A stretch of DNA of 26,728 nucleotides. Source: Actinomycetota bacterium. Its GTDB lineage: Bacteria; Actinomycetota; Thermoleophilia; Gaiellales; Gaiellaceae. Numbering within the stretch: position 1 is the first letter of the stretch; every line of letters starts with the position of its first letter. Below, in pieces: positions 17,307 to 24,768 of this stretch. The translations under genes and the position numbers were made by a program. The notes beneath the pieces are model-generated. The model was not told the DNA's origin. It did no database searches and was given only the letters and a program-made list of their open reading frames with translations. Where the stretch lies: contig JACCVK010000358.1 in assembly GCA_013698195.1 (NCBI GenBank), positions 1 through 26,728 of the forward strand, read 5' to 3'.

Positions 17307-18332
17307 ATGCTCAGAGTTTCACGCGTGAAGCTCGGTCTCCTAGTGGCGCTCGTCACCGGGCTCGTCCTGGTACCGACGGCGGCGCAAGCGGATCCGAGCT
17401 TCTACGTGACGCCGCTCTTCGGGAGCACGACCGCACCGGACGGCAGCCTCCTCGTGGCCGACGCGGGCCAGGGGATCGTCGACGGGGACGACGGCTCGCT
17501 CGTTGCCTCACTGCCGGGCATCAACGACGTCGACGCGGTCAGCGACAGCGAGCAGTGGGCGGTTGCGAGTGGGGAGGCAGGCGAGCAGAAGCTCTACAAG
17601 GTCGTGAACGGCGTGGCAGCGGAGTTCGCGGATATCCTCGCTTTCGAGCTGGAGAAGAACCCGCATCCGGCCACGAACGAGTCGAATGCCTTCGACGTCA
17701 CCGATCTCGGACGCGGCGAAGCCCTTGTCGCGGACTCGGCGGGAAACACGCTGCTCGAGGTGCGCCGCTTCGGTAGCGTGAAGCTCGTCGCCGTTTTCCC
17801 GGACGAGCTCGTCTCGACCGACAATGCCAAGAAGATCTTCGGCTGTCCGGCCGGGCCGCCGATGATCTGCGGCCTGCCTTCCGAGATCCCGGCAGAGTCT
17901 GTGCCGACCGGTGTCGCGATCGGTCCGGACGGTGGGTTCTACGTCGGCGAGCTCAAGGGCTTCCCGGCTCCGATCGGCGAATCGAGGATCTGGAAGATCC
18001 GCCCCAACGCCCGGAACGTCAGGTGCGGCAAAGAGCCGGGTAGGTGCGCGGTCGCGCTGGACGGGTTCACGTCCATCATCGATCTCGCTTTCGGGCCTGA
18101 CGGGTACCTCTACGTCGCGCAGATCGACGACGCGAGCTTCCTCGCAATGGAGCAGATGCAGGGCGTGGGAGGTTCCGTCCAACGTTGCAACGTCGCGGCC
18201 AAGGTGTGTACGAAGGTTGCGAGCGGGCTGCCGATGCTCACCTCGATCGCGTTCCGAGGTGACGGCAGTCTGTGGGGAACGACGTGGGCGCTCGTACCTG
18301 GAATGGGCGACGCCGTCCAGATCCTGCCTTAG
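17307..18332 (+). CDS. Secreted ScyD/ScyE-family beta-propeller-like protein
   Basis: Signal peptide ending AQA-DP; SNAFDV, VADSAGNTLL, ESVPTGVAIGPDG.FYVGELKGFP, TSIIDLAFGPDG.LYV. ATG 17307 follows a purine-rich RBS. Confidence 0.75.
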   Translation: MLRVSRVKLGLLVALVTGLVLVPTAAQADPSFYVTPLFGSTTAPDGSLLVADAGQGIVDGDDGSLVASLPGINDVDAVSDSEQWAVASGEAGEQKLYKVVNGVAAEFADILAFELEKNPHPATNESNAFDVTDLGRGEALVADSAGNTLLEVRRFGSVKLVAVFPDELVSTDNAKKIFGCPAGPPMICGLPSEIPAESVPTGVAIGPDGGFYVGELKGFPAPIGESRIWKIRPNARNVRCGKEPGRCAVALDGFTSIIDLAFGPDGYLYVAQIDDASFLAMEQMQGVGGSVQRCNVAAKVCTKVASGLPMLTSIAFRGDGSLWGTTWALVPGMGDAVQILP

Positions 18333-18343
18333 GAGCTTCTCGA

Positions 18344-18377
18344 GACTGGGAGGGTGGCCGACGGCGCCCTCCCAGTC
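18344..18377. terminator. GC-rich hairpin between convergent genes (possible bidirectional terminator)
   Basis: Perfect 11-bp stem GACTGGGAGGG (18344-18354) / CCCTCCCAGTC (18367-18377). No U-tract. Confidence 0.55.
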
Positions 18378-19599
18378 AGCTCTCGATCTTGCCCTCTGAC
18401 CGCGAGCGATCCATGCCTCGAAATGCAGGGTTGAAGAAGCCGTAGCCCACGACCGCGGAATAGCCGACGCCGATGACGAGAAACGTCTTCGCGACCCCGA
18501 TCGTGCCCACCAGCGCGCCGCCGACGAGAATTCCGAGAGGAATCGCGGCCCAGGCACCCGCCCTCACGGCCCCGAAGACTCGACCTCGCAGGTGGGTGGG
18601 TACGACCTCTGCCAGCACTGTGAAGATGAGCGGGTTAATAGGCCCGGCGGCAAACCCGACGACCGCTAGCGCAACCAGGGCGGCGGGCAACGTGGGACGC
18701 GTGGCCATCGCCAGGTAGACGAGCGGCAGCGCGGCGAAGCAACCGACGAACGTCCTCCGACGCGGGAGCCGGTGCCCGACGGCGCTGTACGCAAGCGCTC
18801 CGAGGAGCGCTGCGCCTCCGAAGACGCCGTACATGAGCCCCAGGTCGGTCGCACTGCCGTACTCATCTTCCGCAAAAACCGCCATGACGACCGGGAATGG
18901 CGCGTCGAGGAGGTTCGTGAGCAGCACCGTCAACACGACCGCGCGCAGGACGCGCTCGTTCCAGATGAAACGCATCCCCTCGGCAAGCTCTGCCAGGAAC
19001 CGGCCGGGCGCCTCCTCCTCGGCGTTCGCTCCCGGTCGCGGCACGAAGAAGGAGACAAGCGCAGCCGAGATCAGAAAGCTGGCGGAGTTCAGCCACAGCG
19101 CATTCGTGGCGCCGAATGCAGCGACGAGAAGGCCGCCGAGCGGGGCTCCGACGAGCAGCGCTCCCTGCTGGATGCCTCCTCGGATTCCGCTCGCGCGCTC
19201 CATGCGTATTCCGGCGAGCTCGACCATGTCGGGAAGGACCGCCGCTCGGGCCGTGGCTCCGGGCGCGTCGAGCAGTGCCCCGACGAACACGAGGATCATG
19301 AGCTGCCACAGCTCGATGCCGACGGTCAGGTGGAGCAGGGGGATAGCCGCGACAGCTCCGGCGCTGGCGAGATCGGCGACGACGCTCGTGGTGCGGAACC
19401 CGAGCCGATCCACGATGACGCCGCCGAAGAACGCGGCGATCACGATCGGCAGGAAGTTGAAGAAGACGACGAGCGCGGTGAACGTCGCGCTCCCCGTGGT
19501 CGTCAGCACGAACCACGGGATCGCGAGTTGCGCGATCGCGTTGCCGGTCAGCGAGATCGCGTCGGCAACGTAGAGCGCATTGAGCGGTGTTCGCTTCAC
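18376..19599 (-). CDS. MFS efflux transporter, DHA3 / Tap (Rv1258c)-like
   Basis: AISLTGNAIAQLAIPWFVLTTTGSA, GGVIVDRLGFRTTSVVAD, LLDAPGATARAAVLPD, LRGRVFG. Confidence 0.9.
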   Translation of the reverse strand: MKRTPLNALYVADAISLTGNAIAQLAIPWFVLTTTGSATFTALVVFFNFLPIVIAAFFGGVIVDRLGFRTTSVVADLASAGAVAAIPLLHLTVGIELWQLMILVFVGALLDAPGATARAAVLPDMVELAGIRMERASGIRGGIQQGALLVGAPLGGLLVAAFGATNALWLNSASFLISAALVSFFVPRPGANAEEEAPGRFLAELAEGMRFIWNERVLRAVVLTVLLTNLLDAPFPVVMAVFAEDEYGSATDLGLMYGVFGGAALLGALAYSAVGHRLPRRRTFVGCFAALPLVYLAMATRPTLPAALVALAVVGFAAGPINPLIFTVLAEVVPTHLRGRVFGAVRAGAWAAIPLGILVGGALVGTIGVAKTFLVIGVGYSAVVGYGFFNPAFRGMDRSRSEGKIES

Positions 19600-19607
19600 G
19601 CGCGAGC

Positions 19608-19639
19608 ACGCTAGTCGAGCCCGTGCCCGTCTCTACAAT
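19608..19639. promoter_or_regulatory. Back-to-back -10 boxes: TAGCGT (minus, 19608-19613) for the MFS and TACAAT (plus, 19634-19639) for the sulfatase-E1 operon
   Basis: They lie 8 and 10 nt upstream of the respective GTG starts; no RBS visible. Confidence 0.55.
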
Positions 19640-19649
19640 CCGCCCGGCT

Positions 19650-20843
19650 GTGAACCTCGTCGTCTATGTCTCGGACGCGCTCCGTGCGGATCATCTCGGT
19701 TGCTACGGCGCCCGCTTCCTGAAAACGCGCACCATCGACGAGCTTGCGGCGGGCGGTGTTCGCTTCGACCAGGCCATCAGTGCCGCGGCCTGGACGGCGC
19801 CCTCGATGACCTCGATGGTGACCGGCCTCTACGCCCACCGCCACGGTTACCTGCATTGGGACGTCGAGCTCGATCCTTCCCTCGAAACGATCTTCGGCGC
19901 ATTTGGTCGCTCGGGCTACGAGGTCGGGACGTTCGTGTTCGACCGCAACTACCTCTTCAAGGATCTCCCGGAGGCGAACGTCGCGGGCACGAGCGAGACG
20001 CTCGACGGCGCAATCGCGTGGCTGCGCGGGCACCGCGACCGGCCCTTCCTGCTCTTCTTCCACAACTGGGCGACCCACATGCCCTACGACATCCGCCACT
20101 CGGAACGCGGAGACTGGCTCGCGGCGAAGGAGGAGGTCATATCCGGGATCCAGGGCGACTCGGCCTCGGCGCTCGAGGCGACGCGGGAGGCCTACCGGCA
20201 AGCGGTGGAGCGCCAATCGGAGGTTCTCGTCGCCTCGCTCCTCGAGGAGCTTGACGCGCTCGGTCTCCGCGAGAGCACTGCAGTCGCATTCCTCTCGGAC
20301 CACGGCGAGTCGTGGGGCGAGCGGTTCGAGGACAAGCGGGACGTCCAGGGCGTGTACCACATGCACGGGGCGACGCTGCACGACGAGGTCGTCCAGATCC
20401 CGCTCATCCTCTCGTCCCCCGGGCGGCTCGACTCGCAGGTCGTGTACTCGCAGGTGCGCTCGGTCGACCTCGCGCCGACGCTGCTCGAGCTCGCGGGCAT
20501 TCCGGCCGGCGAGCTGGACGGCGAGTCGCTGCTCTCGCTCGTCGACGCGGGCGAGGAGGGCGACCGCCCCGCAATCCTCGCCGGGACAGATCGCGGCGCC
20601 CTCACCCAGCTTGCCGTCCGCCTCCCGCCGTGGAAGCTCATCGTCGACATCGAGACGGGGGAGGAGACCGTGTATCGCCTCGATGTGGATCCGCGCGAGC
20701 GCTCACCCCGATCCTCGGCCGAGGTTCCGGCGGAGATCCGCGACCTCCTCTACCGGGAGCTCGAGTCGGTCGAGCGTCGGGAGCTGACGCGGGAGGAGGA
20801 AGCGGTCGTGACGAAACGTCTTGCCGACCTCGGCTACCTCTGA
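19650..20843 (+). CDS. Sulfatase-like / alkaline phosphatase superfamily protein with Thr at the nucleophile position
   Basis: VSDALRADH, AWTAPSMTSMVTG, THMPY, SDHGE, HGATL..E...PLI, VDLAPTLL, C-terminal RLADLGY. No signal peptide. GTG 19650. Confidence 0.85.
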   Translation: MNLVVYVSDALRADHLGCYGARFLKTRTIDELAAGGVRFDQAISAAAWTAPSMTSMVTGLYAHRHGYLHWDVELDPSLETIFGAFGRSGYEVGTFVFDRNYLFKDLPEANVAGTSETLDGAIAWLRGHRDRPFLLFFHNWATHMPYDIRHSERGDWLAAKEEVISGIQGDSASALEATREAYRQAVERQSEVLVASLLEELDALGLRESTAVAFLSDHGESWGERFEDKRDVQGVYHMHGATLHDEVVQIPLILSSPGRLDSQVVYSQVRSVDLAPTLLELAGIPAGELDGESLLSLVDAGEEGDRPAILAGTDRGALTQLAVRLPPWKLIVDIETGEETVYRLDVDPRERSPRSSAEVPAEIRDLLYRELESVERRELTREEEAVVTKRLADLGYL

Positions 20844-20850
20844 TGCTCTC

Positions 20851-21753
20851 GTGACCGGCCTGTCGACGCTCCCGGCGACTCTCTATGCGCGGATGTACTT
20901 CATCCGACGTTTCGAGGAGACGCTCCTCGACCTCTTTGCCCAGGGGAAGCTCGTGGGCACGACGCACACGTACATCGGGCAAGAGGCAAACGCTGTCGGC
21001 ATCGTCGACCACCTCGAGCCCGAGCGCGACGTCGTCTTCTCGAACCACCGCTGCCACGGCCACTACCTCGCCTTCACCGACGACGCGTTCGGCCTGCTCA
21101 GCGAGGTCATGGGCAAGGCAACGGGCACGTGCGGTGGCAAGGGTGGAAGCCAGCACCTGTGCCGAGGGAACTTCTACTCGAACGGCGTGCTCGGCAGCAT
21201 CGTCCCCGTGGCGACCGGGATTGCGCTCGCGGAGAAGAAGAAGGGCACGGGCGCCGTCTCGACCGTGTTCCTCGGCGACGGCACGCTCGGCGAGGGCGTC
21301 ACGTACGAGTCGCTCAACATGGCGTCTCTCTGGCAGCTTCCGGTCCTCTTCGTCGTCGAGAACAATCACTACGCGCAGTCGACGCCGATCGAGCTCGAGC
21401 TCGCCGGCTCGATCGCGGCGCGCGGGTCGGCGTTCGGCGTCGAGGTCGCCGAGCTCGACACGACGGACGTGGCCGAGGTACACGAGACGGCAGGTTGGGC
21501 CGTAGCCCGGATCCGCGAGACGGGCGAGCCGTTCTTTCTCGTGCTGCACACCTACCGCTTCAGTCCGCACTCGAAGGGCGACGACAATCGCGATCCGGGC
21601 GAGATCGAGAAGCGGCGCGAGCGAGATCCGCTCCAGATCGCAGGCGACCGGCTCGGTCCGGCCGAGCGGGAGGGAATCGAGCAGGCCGCCGAGCAGCGAC
21701 TTGCCGAGACAGTCGCCGCGGCAGACGAAGCACCGGCTGCGGAGGCAGCGTGA
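20851..21753 (+). CDS. ThDP-dependent dehydrogenase E1 alpha subunit (PDH/acetoin DH-like)
   Basis: IRRFEE, GTTHTYIGQEA, SNHRCHGH, GGSQH, GDGTLGEG...ENN (ThDP motif), YRFSPHSKGD. GTG 20851 lies 7 nt after the sulfatase stop. Confidence 0.92.
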   Translation: MTGLSTLPATLYARMYFIRRFEETLLDLFAQGKLVGTTHTYIGQEANAVGIVDHLEPERDVVFSNHRCHGHYLAFTDDAFGLLSEVMGKATGTCGGKGGSQHLCRGNFYSNGVLGSIVPVATGIALAEKKKGTGAVSTVFLGDGTLGEGVTYESLNMASLWQLPVLFVVENNHYAQSTPIELELAGSIAARGSAFGVEVAELDTTDVAEVHETAGWAVARIRETGEPFFLVLHTYRFSPHSKGDDNRDPGEIEKRRERDPLQIAGDRLGPAEREGIEQAAEQRLAETVAAADEAPAAEAA

Positions 21754-22781
21754 GCGCTCCCTCCCACAAGCGCTGCGTCCAGGCGCTGAACGAAGGACTG
21801 CACGAGGTGTTCGCGGAGCGCGACGACGTCTATCTCCTCGGCGAGGACGTGCTCGACCCGTACGGCGGTGCGTTCAAGGTGACGCAAGGCCTTTCCGACG
21901 CCTTCCCCGATCGCGTGCTGACGACGCCGATCAGCGAGGGCGGCCTCTTCGGGGTGGCGGCCGGGATGTCCCTACGAGGACTGCGCCCCATCCTGGAGAT
22001 CATGTTCGGCGACTTCATCGCCCTCGGCCTCGACCAGGTTGTCAACGGGATCTCGAAGTTCCGCGAGATGTACGACGACCAGGTGACTGTGCCGCTCGTC
22101 GTCCGGACGCCGATGGGCGGGCGCCGCGGCTACGGGCCGACGCACAGCCAGTCGCTCGAGAAGCTTCTGCTCGGTATCCCGAACATCTGCGTCGTCGCCG
22201 CGAGCGAGTGCCACGATCTCGGCGGGCTGCTCGCGAACGCCGTGGACGACGACCGCCCCGTGTTCTTCATCGAGAACAAGCTCATGTACGGGCGGCCGAA
22301 CCGGCGTCCGGAGGAGGGACACATCGGCGAGCTCGCCGTCCGGGAGACCGGGACGCGATACCCGGCGCTCACGTTCTCGGGCACGGACTTCACCGAGGCG
22401 AGCGCCACGATCGTGACGTACGGCGGGATGGTGCCCATCGTGCTCGATGCAGTCACCGAGCTCATCCTCGAGCGGGAGCTCTTCTGCGAGGTTGTCGCGC
22501 TCTCCCAGCTCCTGCCGATGGAGCTTGAGCCGGTCTTCGAGTCCGTTGCGCGAACGGGTGCGCTCGTCACGGTCGAGGAGGGAACCTTGACCGGCGGCTT
22601 CGGCGCGGAGATCACCGCTCGGGTTCAGGAGGAGGCCTGGAGCGACCTGCGCCGCCCGGTGCAGCGCGTGGCGGCGCGCGACGGGATCATCCCGTCGGCG
22701 CGGCCGCTCGAGGACGCGATGCTGCCGAGCGCGGGCGACGTCGTCGAGGCGGTCGTCGCGCTCGAGGCCGTGCGAAGCTAG
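21750..22781 (+). CDS. ThDP-dependent dehydrogenase E1 beta subunit
   Basis: LLGEDV.DPYGGAFKVT, TTPISE, LRPILEIMF.DF, GYGPTHSQ, VEEG...GGFGAEI. GTGA overlap with E1 alpha; GGAGG RBS at 21741-21745. Confidence 0.92.
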   Translation: MSAPSHKRCVQALNEGLHEVFAERDDVYLLGEDVLDPYGGAFKVTQGLSDAFPDRVLTTPISEGGLFGVAAGMSLRGLRPILEIMFGDFIALGLDQVVNGISKFREMYDDQVTVPLVVRTPMGGRRGYGPTHSQSLEKLLLGIPNICVVAASECHDLGGLLANAVDDDRPVFFIENKLMYGRPNRRPEEGHIGELAVRETGTRYPALTFSGTDFTEASATIVTYGGMVPIVLDAVTELILERELFCEVVALSQLLPMELEPVFESVARTGALVTVEEGTLTGGFGAEITARVQEEAWSDLRRPVQRVAARDGIIPSARPLEDAMLPSAGDVVEAVVALEAVRS

Positions 22782-22788
22782 CAAGGTC

Positions 22789-24348
22789 ATGCTCGAGATC
22801 GTCCTGACGCGCGAGGACGCGAACACGGAGTTCGCGCTGCTTGCCGAGTGGCTTGTCGAGGACCGCGCCGAGGTCGCGCAGGGGCAGCCCGTCTGCGTCG
22901 TGGAGACGACAAAGGCGACGGTCGAGATCGAGTCGCCGGGTGCCGGGAGTCTCGTGCAGCTCTACGACGACGGCATCGAGGTCGAGCTTGGCAAGACGAT
23001 CGCGGTCGTCGCCGAGAGCGCGGACGAGCTCGAGACAGCGATCGCCCGCCGCGAGCCGAGATCTGCGGCCGAGTCCAAGCCGACCGACAGCAAGGCGACG
23101 AAGAAGGCGATCGAGCTCGCGGAACGCCATGGCATCGACCTCGCCTCGATCGAGAAGCGCGGCTTCATCACGGAGAAGGACGTCGAGGCAGCGATCGCGA
23201 AAGCCGCCGCGACTGCCGGCCCGTCCACACAACCCGCACTCGCCGGCATCTCGACAGCCGGCGTGTCGCTCCCCGAGTCGCTCGACCTCGACGAGGACGC
23301 CGGCCGGCTCGACGAGGGGTTCTTCGAGTCGCTGCGCACCGACCCCGAGGCGTTCCGCGCGCTTTCCTCGGACGAGAAGATCGAGCGCTACCGCGAAAAC
23401 GGGGCACAGATCGGCGAAGGCGTCGCCTTCGGCCTGCGAACCATCTTGGTGGCTCCTCGCATCGTCGTCTCGCCTGGTGTTGCCATCGGCCCGGACGGCA
23501 CTGTGGTCTGCGAGGAGCTGGTCGCGATCGGCGAGCTCACCCAGTTCGGACCGGATCTCGATCTCCGCTGCCGCCGTGCGTATATCGGCGCGGGCGTCTG
23601 GGCTGGGAGGTCGATCAGGATCGGCGGCGGCGGTCACCGCGACCCGTGGGCGACTCTCGCGGTCGGCGACCTTGCGTTCATCGGTGACGAGGCGTTCATC
23701 AACGTCTGCCGGCCCGTGCTCATCGGCCGCGAAGCGTTCGTGACCATGCGGTCGATGATCGTCACCCACAACATCGGCCACTCGCTGCTCGAAGGCTTCG
23801 AGAACCGGTTCGCTCCGGTCGTGCTCGAGGATCGCGCTCAGCTCGGGCTCGGCGCGGTGCTCTATGCGGGAGTGCGGATCGGCGCCGAGGCGATCGTCGC
23901 CTCGAACTCGTACGTCGTGGGCGACGTTCCGGCACGCGCCTTCGCGATCGGTGTCCCCGCCAAGGTCACGGGCAGTGCCGCGCACACGCTCTCCCGCTCC
24001 CGGCAGGCCGAGCTCGCGCGAAGGATGGTCGACGAGCTGCACGAGCTCCTCGCGCTTCGCGGACACGACGTCTCAGCGGTCAGCGACGGGGACGGGCGAG
24101 GGTTCGACGTCGAGGGGACGCGCGTCTACTTCACGCCGAGCTACGGCGGCGGCGGTGACAGCCCGGCCGTGGTGTTGACGCTCGAGCGCGCAGGAGACGT
24201 TCCCGATGGAGTCGGCGTGCTTGACCTGCTCGGACGGCAGGTGCACGGGAGCGGCGGAATCGTTCTCGACTCGGTCCGCGAGTTTTGCCGCAAGCGCGGG
24301 ATCCGCTTCGAGCCTGGCCCCTGGCGGTATCAGGGCGGTCTCATCTAG
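22789..24348 (+). CDS. Lipoyl domain + E1/E3-binding domain + left-handed beta-helix acyltransferase + unknown C-terminal domain fusion
   Basis: VVETTKATVEIESP (lipoyl Lys42, nt 22912). KATKKAIELAERHGIDLASI...ITEKDVE is PSBD-like. Hexapeptide repeats follow, then VTHNIGH...APVVLEDRAQLGLGAVLYAGVRIG..AIVASNSYVVGDVP....IGVPAKV (maltose/WcaF-type LbH). Confidence 0.88.
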   Translation: MLEIVLTREDANTEFALLAEWLVEDRAEVAQGQPVCVVETTKATVEIESPGAGSLVQLYDDGIEVELGKTIAVVAESADELETAIARREPRSAAESKPTDSKATKKAIELAERHGIDLASIEKRGFITEKDVEAAIAKAAATAGPSTQPALAGISTAGVSLPESLDLDEDAGRLDEGFFESLRTDPEAFRALSSDEKIERYRENGAQIGEGVAFGLRTILVAPRIVVSPGVAIGPDGTVVCEELVAIGELTQFGPDLDLRCRRAYIGAGVWAGRSIRIGGGGHRDPWATLAVGDLAFIGDEAFINVCRPVLIGREAFVTMRSMIVTHNIGHSLLEGFENRFAPVVLEDRAQLGLGAVLYAGVRIGAEAIVASNSYVVGDVPARAFAIGVPAKVTGSAAHTLSRSRQAELARRMVDELHELLALRGHDVSAVSDGDGRGFDVEGTRVYFTPSYGGGGDSPAVVLTLERAGDVPDGVGVLDLLGRQVHGSGGIVLDSVREFCRKRGIRFEPGPWRYQGGLI

Positions 24349-24764
24349 TGGCCGCCCCGGAGGCCGTCGAACGACTCGCGCAGCTCGCCCTCTTTGCCGA
24401 TCTCCGCTGGCCCGAGCTCGAAGCGGTCGCACACACTTTCGACGAGGAGGTCTTCGCCCAAGGCCAGCGGGTGCTGCGGCAGGGGATCACCGGTGGCTCG
24501 TTCTACGTCATCGTCGAGGGCGACGCCGCGGTCGTGATCGACGGCCAGGAGCGCGCACGCCTCGGGCGAGGCGACTTCTTCGGGGAGATCTCCGTCCTCC
24601 TCGGTGGCGTGCCGATCGCCGACGTGCGTGCCGAGACCCTCCTCCGCTGCCTCGTCCTGCCGGGCCCCGAGCTCGAAGGGTTCCTGCTCGAGCATCCGCC
24701 GGTCATGCTCCGCATGCTCCAGGCCGTCGCCCGTCGGCTCCGCGACGCGAGCCGGTGGAGCTAG
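24348..24764 (+). CDS. Stand-alone cyclic-nucleotide-binding (Crp-type) domain protein
   Basis: LFADL, VLRQG..G.SFYVIVEG, LGRGDFFGEISVL. GTG overlaps the preceding TAG (TAGTG). No HTH. Confidence 0.85.
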   Translation: MAAPEAVERLAQLALFADLRWPELEAVAHTFDEEVFAQGQRVLRQGITGGSFYVIVEGDAAVVIDGQERARLGRGDFFGEISVLLGGVPIADVRAETLLRCLVLPGPELEGFLLEHPPVMLRMLQAVARRLRDASRWS

Positions 24765-24768
24765 AGGC

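Noticed and set aside
20851-24348. Ordinary pdhABC or acoABC operon
   Set aside because: The third gene has no E2 catalytic core, and no lpdA is present.
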